Assembly: GCF_902652985.1 (NCBI RefSeq)
Contig: NC_047022.1
Coordinates: 14,446,001 to 14,510,000, forward strand
DNA: 64,000 nt
Direction: 5' to 3'
Source: Pecten maximus
Taxonomy: Eukaryota
Shown: positions 50,415-62,400 of the stretch, in pieces
Layout of the letters: the number at the start of each line of letters is the position of its first letter
Numbering within the stretch: the first letter of the stretch is position 1
The notes under the pieces: generated by a model
The model's input: only the letters and a program-made list of their open reading frames with translations
Told to the model about the DNA's origin: nothing
The model's database searches: none
Position numbers and translations under genes: made by a program

Positions 50415-53400
50415 ATGGCGGAGGATATGTTTGGCGATTCCTCTCTCTTTGACGAATTCGAAAAAGAGCGAGAGTCGTCAGGAAGCTTTATATTATATAA
50501 AGTTAATGATGAAGGAGAAGAAGACAAAAGTAGAATTCTTTTTCGGATGGGTGATTCCGAGGAGAGCGAATCATCATCTGACGATGATTCCGGCGAAAGT
50601 GAAAATGAAAACAACGGAGTTGACCAACTTGATGATGCTGAAGAGAAACACGAGGAAACATCGATTCAAGTAGACGGCAGTGACATCGTTAATGGAGGAA
50701 GTTATCACATTAAGAATCGCCAATCTGCCGATAGAAATACCGAGTATAAGCTGACACATGAACGTATCCTACTAAATAGCTAAAAATACGAAATGTATAA
50801 ACATGCAGACAGTGTACGTACAGGCACCAAATGTACATTGCCATTTATTAATTGTTTATCATTTATTGCCTGGTAGCAATTGCCTGATGCCTTACATAAA
50901 ATAGTTATTGAACTACATCAACCGGGGTACCTTGTGTCCTCTGATATGCTGCTGCCAGCTGCAGACCTGTCCCTTTTGAGTGCAGCTGCGTCATGAAATG
51001 TTTCGATTTCGCTAGCCTACGTTTGCTTTCATTATTAACCTGTATATATACTGAGCTGTTAGTTGGATTTTTGTCATTCTTCTAAACATTATTTCAATAA
51101 GTATAGGTGAAATAACAATTTTCCGCTGACTCTGTCACCTGACTATTAAATATTGATGGATAGTCATTTGGTTGGATAAACAGAGAATGTAGATATAAGT
51201 TGCTTCAATATCAGAAGCTACCATTTGCAATACATATCTGTTGTGTGACACTGCACATTTATTGCGATGAACTAATGGGCTTATTAAAAATTTACTGCAT
51301 ATTTGTAAAATGATATTTCTCTAAACATCTCTCCTAATCAACTTAATTAGTGGGTAATATCTCTCAGTTGTAATTTCCATACATAGATGGATTAAATTAA
51401 GTATTTATGATGTAAATTTATCCAAAACCAGTTATTAAGTGTCAAGTCACTGTTTCAGTATGGTATTGGTATTGGTATTGGCCTGTATCTGCTCTGAGGA
51501 CAACGGAACATTTAGGTTTCTGATACCTGAAGAATGGACATCAAATAAATTAATATTATTAATCACAGCAAGAGGGTCCTGATGAAGCCCAATGCTTGGG
51601 CCAAACATCTATATACCAAACCAATAAAGACAAGGAATCTGTACTCCCTAGTTTGTTGCTAATGATGTACCCATTTAATTTTGTTCTCCAATCGCCCCTG
51701 CATGCTTTATGGTATGCAATTGTAAGCAAAAGTCACACTTAAGCTTGGACCAATGTATCTGCAACTACTCATCCTGGCGTTGGCTCTTCTTCATTAAACA
51801 TAATATTAATTACAAGATAACAATTAAGTACAATGAATATCAAGAAGTTGTTTGAAAGTTTTCTTTTAAGATATGTCTATCTATCAATATTAACATTTCT
51901 TTAACAAGAATCAGGCAATAAGTTTGAGAGATATGCAAGAGTTATTGACTCCACAAGGTAAGTATTATAACGTTTTCTATTGAACTTCAATCACAAGTCA
52001 TTGTAATTCAGGATAGTCTGACTGCTGTTTTATAATTAATTGTATACAGATCGTGTATCTCATCTAATTGAATATTCTAAATTTGTGATCTTTGATTTTT
52101 TAAAGCTTTGTAAAATTTCAGGATAAAATGTGTACAGCACATGTACACTCTGTAAATACTTATGGTCAAAAAAAGAAAGTAGTTAGAATGGAAATCAAGT
52201 AATGATTAGCAGCTGAAGATAACTGATTTAGATTAACATTATTTTAAGAGGAAAATCTACATGCTGTAATTATAACAGTATAATTCATCAACTCATAAGT
52301 GTGTCGGTGTCATGTACAATATACATTGTACCTATCTTCAATATAGAAATGGAATATGGTTTTCATCGAAGTACAGAATAAGCACTTATCTATATTGAGC
52401 AATGCATATGTTTTTTCTCCATTTTTTTTTAATTTACGAATGCGATGTATATAAATTAATACATCAAATTAATATTGAAAATATATATGCTGTATATTTT
52501 TGTCCCACAAAAGCAACTGTGATATAACTAATTATATTGTCTTGAATAGCTAGACATTTTAATCTGTTTAAATATTTCAGGTTTTTTTATATATGTTATA
52601 AAATCAAATTGCTCCTTCATCTTAATCATTCTGAATGTGTCTCTGTTACAGATTTACTGCAGACTCCAACAGTCCTGCTTGTCAGATTATATATCAGAAT
52701 AACGACTTTTCCAGGTACTAAGTAGTTTTACCTTTATCTAATAATATTAATGATGATTTATACTCATGTACTGAGAGTAATCCGATATGGTTTTGATTGA
52801 CAGTCTACTCTTCCATTGATGAAGATGAATCTATAGTAACAGTTAAATTACTTGATTGGTTCTCTCTTCACCAATTAGAGAAAAAACAATATTTTTTACA
52901 TATTCTACATTTTGAGAGAAAAAAAAGGAAGAAAGGGGAGTTCAAATTTGAAAGCATTGTGACCACGCAATTTGTAATAACGACGCTTGTTGTAATAAAT
53001 GTGGTTGAGGAATTGTTTTTGATATAATACAGTATCACACTTAGGTTTTAGTTATCTCTTTGTATTTATGAAGTGTTTAACAGGATATGACTTCAGTTGG
53101 TGTATACTAGGCACTTTTAACTACACTGGCAGTTTACACAGAGTAGATTTGATTAAAAAAAGGAACCAGACCTTGAAATATGGCTGGATTATAGAATAGA
53201 CAGAGTCAGGTTTAGACAGATTTAATCTACTACATATATTTCTCTCGGTATAACTACGACAGGAAATTCAAATCTATAACTTCAGATCACCAACACATAG
53301 TGTATATGATATATTGTGCTAATGAATAGATATATAACTTAGCAACACAAACGACGAAGGAAGACAAATTTTTGACTCGTGCCCTGACCAGGCCTCGAAC

Positions 53401-56400
53401 TCACGATCTACGGCACCCAATCGTATATATAGTAGGAATTTTCTAGACAAAATTATTTAACCAGTTTAGACAGAGATACGGATTGGACAGAGCCCGGTTT
53501 ATACAGTCCACTGTACTCATTAAGATGTGTGATGTGTAGGGAGCTGTGGACAGTATACAATATACCATTATACTGGTGAAAGTAGGATTGATGGACCAAA
53601 ATAATCTGATGGAATAAAGAAATAAGCATTATTTATAGTATGCTATTATGCTCAAGTGTTAAATATATTTTTACTTTTAAATTATCGTTCATCAATTGGA
53701 TAGCTTTGTAGTATTCCTTCTAAATAACAGAACAGTAAAATATTATCATATTCTATCTGATTGTTTCAGGAAGTATCGTACATCAATTGAACAGTACATA
53801 ATGCATCTGATCAACAGAGAGGAACAAAGCAAGAGAGAGAGATTGCCAGATATACAGCTCAAGGTTATTGACAGAAAAAATTGATTTTGAGAATGATTTT
53901 ATTTCACCATATTACAAACATAATCAAATGATAAATAATTTCTCTCTTTTGATTGATGAAAATCTCAATATTTCAAGATACCCTTAATGTCTTTATGTTA
54001 ATAGTACAGTACTAAGTTAAATATATAATTCTTCGTATTACACAAAGAATACTTTTCTATATATATTATATAAAATTCAAATTAAAGAATCTGTGGAAAT
54101 GTGAGGATTCATCTTTTCTCTGTGGTATGCAACTTATATTAATAGATGTTGGATATCTTAAACTCTGAAATCATTTTATCCGATATAGATATTATTTGCT
54201 TAATTTTGCATGAAAAATCCTAAGTTACATTCTGACTGTTTCAGAGCTCAAATCCTGACATGCCTTGATTTGAACAGCAAGCTGACTGGTAAACAACGAA
54301 CCATGAAAATGTGGACTTCTCATGCGGTATGTCATATACATTTAACATGTCCCCTAAATGTTAAACCTGAATTCCATTCATTGACCTAAGTTAAATATAA
54401 AAGTGTCTATATGCCTGTGATAATTGTTCAGGACAAAATCTGAAATTATAAAATATCATTGGGTGATTCTTATAGACATTCATAAGATTTTCTTCACTTC
54501 TCCAGTATAGAGCACTGAGAAAAATGTTATCTAATACTAAATAAGTACATTGTAAACAGAGGGACCAGTACCAGTAATAATCAGTAATGTTAAATGTCCT
54601 TTGTTATGTCCTGGGTAGACTTGAAAGAATCTATCAATACCTGTATAATGAAGACATTTAAATCTCAACAGTAGGGCAGGATTATGTAGCTTTATGAAAA
54701 GGCTTTGTCACATGCCAGGGCTTTTTCCTACTGGTTTGGGAAAGACTTTTTCAGGAGTAAACTGCAAATTTTGGGAATTTGACTTACAAATGAAGTAATT
54801 TCAATTGGGAATGGGGCCAATTAACAGCCCGAAAAAGCCCTCAGAAAAGCCCTGCATGCTAAGTATCAATCTCCAGTATTGAGATTTCTGTCTACATCAT
54901 GATACTGTAGTGATAAAATAGTTTTCTTTAAAATCATTCAATTAACCTAGTGGTACATTCACGAAGTGTGCAATAGAATTGATGTCAAAATCCTGCTATG
55001 TCGTTAAGTCATATAAAATATTCAATGTCATAGTGTCATATAAATGATCTTATGTCGTAATGTCATATAAAGTGTCCTATGTCATAATATCATATAAAGC
55101 ATCACAAATTATTTTATGTTATGTCATAAACTATCCTATGTCATAATGTGATATAAAGTGACAGTTTGTTAGTCTGTTTAGTTTTATCTAAATTTATGTA
55201 TTCTTTGTTTTGCTGCAGATCATTGGGAGCAGTCAGTTCCACAGAGATTTTGTTATTGATCCATTAGGATGGCCACTAGTGTCCAATAACCCTTCCCTCA
55301 CAGACAGCTGGGAAGCTCCCAAGTATCCTTGATGATCTGTTCATTTTCTTATGTCAGTATTTCAAATAGGTTACATGCATTTTCAGCATAAAGAAACATG
55401 GTCCGTTTAATCATCTAGATATCCGATTTGATGCACCTCACCATTTTATGGGGAGCTTGTTGTGTTACCAATACATGTCAGTCTGGAATCAGTGTCATCA
55501 CTTTAACAACTAATTTCAAATAATCATTTTGATAAAAGTACTAATTAAAATACCTCAGTCAAATTTAAAGGTCAAAGTTTCAAGTTCAAGGTCACTGTTA
55601 CTTTTTATAGCAAGTCAACAAATTCTGTGATATGACAGTTAGTATTCAAGCAACTTGATTTTTTGAGGGATTTTGATCAAACTGGTTTATGGAAGATCAT
55701 GTATAAGAATGCCTCATCTGAGTCAACATTTCAGGGTTCAAAGGTCAAAGTGTACACCTGTTTATGAAATTACAATTAAGTATCTATATACATGTACATC
55801 TGAGTAAATTTTCTATTATTTTTATGTTTAATTGATTGATAATGTTTTTTGACAATTGATAATCAAATGAACAAAAATGGACAAACGAATATTTACCTAA
55901 TAAGATAAATTAGTGATTGAAGTTTCCTGATTTCCAAAAGGTTTAATTGAGGTTTCCTATACAAGGAGCCACAATAGCTCTGACAGTCTGTTAGAGCACG
56001 ACCACGTAATCTCGGGTGAAGACCCGAGGTGCGTGGTTCGACTCTCCCTACCTGTATCGGTTTGTATTTCTCAGGAAGCTGTGAAATAGGCTGGTCTATG
56101 CTGTTGTGGTTGTGTCCTTTGGTAAGACACTTTACCCTAATTGCTCTGTATGGCATGTGATGTTCCTCCTGTATGTTGTTCAGTGAAGTAGTCACCAACT
56201 ACCACAAGGAGACCATGCCTCAAAATGACCCCTGGCGGTCCACGGGGTGATAAACTTAACAAACAAACAAACAAACAAACGAAAGAGTTTCCTATACAGG
56301 TAGATATGAACAGGTATACACAGATCCACTCCCATTAGCAGAGGAGGAGTTGGACACCAGTGCTAGTAAACCCCCAAGGTAAGAATTGTACATGCTTTGT

Positions 56401-59400
56401 CAGAGGGTTGGAGAGCCATATAGTTGAGGAAAATAAAGGTAAAAGTTTGATTTTTTTTTCTAAATGAATGTACCTATTAACTTCCGGTTCTTAAGATTTA
56501 CACTGGAAAATCAATGGGTAAATTTTATTGTCCTTAATATTGTAAAGAAGGAGGGTTACTAAAAGGGAAATATAGATTTGTGTCGAGTGCTATTGTTTTT
56601 AACTTATTTAAAAAAAAAAAAGAGAGAGATCAAAACTTTTTCAAGATCAGATGTTGTCTTTCAGAGGTAGTAAAGTTTTTAGTTTGTTTTTTTCATCAAT
56701 AATTAAAAACAAAATTGCTATGAATGATATTTGGCAACAGAAATTTTGTCTAATGTCAACAAAAAAGATTGTTTGAACCTCCAGATGCAGGCTTGGTGGA
56801 TACCGGTATCTTGATTTAGAATGTAATGATTGTATTATAAAATTAGTAAGAGAGATCGCTGTGAAACTATATACACTGTACTTAACTGTTTTCCTGTTAC
56901 TCTAGATTTGGTCATTTCAGACAAGTTAAACTTTATTCCCTACCATTAGTGGGTTAAATGGGTTATATATGATTAATGGGATGAAGAGCTTGAGGTAATC
57001 TTTATTGACAGTGAACAATTAAATGATTGTCTAGTCTAGGAAAGTATGAATACATCTTGGAGAGCTATGTCTGTCTATCATCTTCTTTCTTTCAGAAAAA
57101 AAAACAGCCACTTAAATTGAAAATGATCTTTTTCAGACAAAAGCAAACATGTTTTAACTGCTGTGGTGAACACATGATAGCTGATTGTCCAGAGCCCAAA
57201 GACTTCACACGTATCAGACAGAACAGAGACAAATTCCGTCAGGATAGTGTGTCACAGAAACCAACGTAAGATCAATTTAATCTTGTCAGTTGTCTGTCTC
57301 AATAACACTGCTTCATTGATTCGTCAAACAGATTTAATTTGGGTCAAGAGCAATAAAACATTTTTTGTTGGTTGCTTTCGACATTCTACAAATACAATGC
57401 TTTATATGCATGTATCATCCTACAGCAACTTTAATGTTAGATTTTATCAACTGCTATCTGGAAGCTCTCAGTCTGTATCATAAGATATGATTAACCGTAA
57501 TAGCTACCTTATAATCTAAAATACATGTATACGTATATATATATGTCTTAGTGTATCAAGAGATTTTAAAATATTTCATTATTTTTATAAAAAAAAAATT
57601 CACTTACCATTTATTTTGACCTAATGACCTTTTCAGTGCAGATTGGCCACAAAGAATGTAGTAATAATAATCATTAAATATATTTAATCGTTTTTGTTGG
57701 CCCTGATTGATACATACATAGATGGATGGGGAAGTGAACCCCAACCGTCTTAATGAATACCAAGTGTACTATCACTACGCCATTGTATCAACCACCTGTT
57801 GGCTAACATGTTATTAATCGTAATGTAAAGTCCCATAAGGAATATTTTGTTTTCAGAAAAAAAAGTTTGGTTTATATTCAAATCTTTTTTTATTTTATAG
57901 GTCCAAAAGATATCACTTAGACAAATCTTTCCAATCCGAAAGCAACAGTTTTGTACCAGGTGTTATCAGGTAAGGAAATGATTGTATTGTGATATGGGGA
58001 CTTAAGGAAATAATTAATGTGTTCTGATGTGTATTGAACAGTAGTGCATTGTGTTTCAGTTTTGATTTAACAGTTGTGTACAGTTTCAGTATATTGAACA
58101 GTTACTGTAATAGTTACGCATTGTGTTCCAATGTAATGAAAAAAAGGTATTGTTTCAATGTGATGAGGAACAATAACAGTTACTTATTGTGTTCTGTTGT
58201 AATGAATGTTTGGATGTTTTGTATCAGGAGATGAACAGTTGTGTACAGTGTTACTATAAGTGTTTTAAGCATTGAACTGCTTTTAGTTGGAAGTTATGGG
58301 CTGATGAATGCCAACTGGACAAAGGCGAATTTAATGAAGCGAGCTAGCGCTTCATGTTGAACTTGCCTTTGTCCAGTTGGCATTCATCAGCCCATAACTT
58401 CCAAATGAAAGCGGTTCAATGCTTATATTTACATTTGACAATGATTTTTAAAGATCATATCCAGGAATTTTGCTCCGACGATGAATGAACCAATTATTAT
58501 CGTCAAAGACAGAACAGCGTTTCAACAGCCATCTATCGTTATCGCTGACGTAACAATTATGACGTCACTATAATAATGAGGTCATAATAAAGATTTGGAA
58601 GTTATGGACTCATAACCTTCAAGTGAGCTTGGTAACGTTATATAGAGGGGCTGCAGTAAATGTAAATATTGAGTTATGAGAACACTTACATACAGAATTC
58701 TTATAATTATGAAAAGGAACATATTGTGGAGTAGAACTTTGTTGGTTTCAAAGTGTGGCACTTTATCTTAAATAACAAATGAGAAAATTATTACTTTAAC
58801 ATCACTTTAATTTATAAGTATAATGTTACATTACAGTGAAGAACTGATGGATGCACTGGGGATCACGTCGCGCTATCTTCCCTCATATATTTACAAGATG
58901 AGGGTTCTGGGGTATCCACCAGGCTGGTTGGAGGAAGCCAAAGTACAGAGCTCTGGACTTGTCTTGTTTGACGGCGAAGGAAATGGTTAGTCTGTTGGAT
59001 TTTAAAATCTAATTCAGAATCAGATGAAAAAAATATGTTTTTCAAATACATTGTATGACTATGAACTGTTTTACCACACTGTGTATGACTATGAACTGTT
59101 TTACCACACTGTGTATGACTATGACCTGTTTTACCACACTGTGTATGACTATGAACTGTTTTACCACACTGTGTATGACTATGAACTGTTTTACCACACT
59201 GTGTATGACTATGAACTGTTTTACCACACTGTGTATGACTATGTTCTAATTTACCACACTGTGTATGACTATGTTCTAATTTACCACACTGTGTATGACT
59301 ATGACCTGTTTAACACACTGTGTATGACTATGAACTGTTTTACCACACTGTGTATGACTATGAACTGTTTTACCACACTGTGTATGACTATGAACTGTTT

Positions 59401-62400
59401 TACCAACACTGTGTATGACTATGTTCTAATTTACCACACTGTGTATGACTATGAACTGTTTTACCACACTGTGTATGACTATGAACTGTTTTACCACACT
59501 GTGTATGACTATGAACTGTTTTACCACACTGTGTATGACTATGAACTGTTTTACCACACTGTGTATGACTATGACCTGTTTTACCACACTGTGTATGACT
59601 ATGACCTGTTTTACCACACTGTGTATGACTATGAACTGTTTTACCACACTGTGTATGACTATGAACTGTTTTACCACACTGTGTATGACTATGAACTGTT
59701 TTACCAACACTGTGTATGACTATGAACTGTTTTACCACACTGTGTATGACTATGACCTGTTTTACCACACTGTGTATGAATCTGAACTGTTTTACCAACA
59801 CTGTGTATGACTATGACCTGTTTTACCACACTGTGTATGACTATGACCTGTTTTACCACACTGTGTATGACTATGACCTGTTTTACCACACTGTGTATGA
59901 CTATGTTCTAATTTACCACACTATGTATGACTATGAACTGTTTTACCACACTGTGTATGACTATGAACTGTTTTACCACACTGTGTATGGCTCTGAACTG
60001 TTTTACCTCACTGTGTATGACTATGAACTGTTTTACCACACTGTGTATGACTATGACCTGTTTTACCAACACTGTGTATGACTATGAACTGTTTTACCAC
60101 ACTGTATGACTATGAACTGTTTTACCACACTGTATGACTATGAACTGTTTTACCACACTGTGTATGACTATGAACTGTTTTACCACACTGTATGACTATG
60201 AACTGTTTTACCACACTGTATGACTATGAACTGTTTTACCACACTGTGTATGACTATGAACTGTTTTACCACACTGTGTATGACTATGACCTGTTTTACC
60301 TCACTGTGTATGACTATGAACTGTTTTACCACACTGTGTATGACTATGACCTGTTTTACCTCACTGTGTATGACTATGACCTGTTTTACCACACTGTGTA
60401 TGACTATGAACTGTTTTACCACACTGTGTATGACTATGAACTGTTTTACCACACTGTGTATGACTATGACCTGTTTTACCACACTGTGTATGACTATGAC
60501 CTGTTTTACCACACTGTGTATGACTATGAACTGTTTTACCACACTGTGTATGACTATGACCTGTTTTACCACACTGTATGACTATGACCTGTTTTACCAC
60601 ACTGTGTATGACTATGAACTGTTTTACCACACTGTGTATGACTATGACCTGTTTTACCACACTGTGTATAACTATGACCTGTTTTACCACACTGTGTATG
60701 ACTATGAACTGTTTTACCACACTGTGTATGACTATGAACTGTTTTACCACACTGTGCACGACTATGAACTGTTTTACCACACTGTGTATGACTATGACCT
60801 GTTTTACCACACTGTGTATGACTATGAACTGTTTTACCACACTGTATGACTATGACCTGTTTTACCACACTGTGTATGACTATGAACTGTTTTACCACAC
60901 TGTCTATGACTATGAACTGTTTTACCACACTGTGTATGACTATGAACTGTTTTACCACACTGTATGACTATGAACTGTTTTACCACACTGTATGACTATG
61001 AACTGTTTTACCACACTGTATGACTATGAACTGTTTTACCACACTGTGTATGACTATGAACTGTTTTACCACACTGTGTATGACTATGACCTGTTTTACC
61101 ACACTGTGTATGACTATGAACTGTTTTACCACACTGTGTATGACTATGACCTGTTTTACCACACTGTGTATAACTATGACCTGTTTTACCACACTGTGTA
61201 TGACTATGAACTGTTTTACCACACTGTGTATGACTATGAACTGTTTTACCACACTGTGCACGACTATGAACTGTTTTACCACACTGTGTATGACTATGAC
61301 CTGTTTTACCACACTGTGTATGACTATGAACTGTTTTACCACACTGTATGACTATGACCTGTTTTACCACACTGTGTATGACTATGAACTGTTTTACCAC
61401 ACTGTGTATGACTATGAACTGTTTTACCACACTGTGTATGACTATGAACTGTTTTACCACACTGTATGACTATGAACTGTTTTACCACACTGTATGACTA
61501 TGAACTGTTCTACCACTTGACTTTTTTTACCACACTGTATGACTATGAACTGTTTTACCACACTGTGTATGACTATGAACTGTTTTACCACACTGTGTAT
61601 GACTATGAACTGTTTTACCACACTGTGTATGACTATGAACTGTTTTACCACACTGTGTATGACTATGAACTGTTTTACCACACTGTGTATGACTATGACC
61701 TGTTTTACCACACTGTATGACTATGACCTGTTTTACCACACTGTGTATGACTATGACCTGTTTTACCACACTGTGTGTATAACTATGACCTGTTTTACCA
61801 CACTGTGTATGACTATGACCTGTTTTACCACACTGTGTATAACTATGACCTGTTTTACCACACTGTGTATGACTATGAACTGTTTTACCACACTGTGTAT
61901 GACTATGAACTGTTTTACCACACTGTGTATGACTATGAACTGTTTTACCACACTGTGTATGACTATGAACTGTTTTACCACACTGTGTATGACTATGACC
62001 TGTTTAACACACTGTGTATGACTATGAACTGTTTTACCACACTGTGTATGACTATGAACTGTTTTACCACACTGTGTATGACTATGAACTGTTTTACCAC
62101 ACTATGTATGACTATGAACTGTTTTACCAGTCTATGTTAGGACCATAGATTTGTGTTGTGTTCATTTATCTGTCCACCTGTTCTTTAATTATGTCCCCCA
62201 AACGAAGGGGGGGGGGGGGGGGGCATTTTGTTTTTGCTCTGTTTCTTATTATTATTACCTGGTATTATTATTATTGTTTCTTCTCATTTCTTCCGCCGCA
62301 GAAGTTCAGAAGGATCTTCATGAAACTTCACAGACATACTCATTAGGGACATGGGGTGTGCACACATGTTTTTTTTCTCCGTAATCGGAAATCCAAAATT

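Noticed and set aside
59024-62140. Many long ORFs (YDYELFYHTV, MTMNCFTTLC, VKQFIVIHSV) and a superficially CRISPR-like array
   Set aside because: Pure 30-bp tandem repeat with no unique spacers and no cas genes; ORFs are open in several frames on both strands only because the unit lacks stops; it lies inside an intron.
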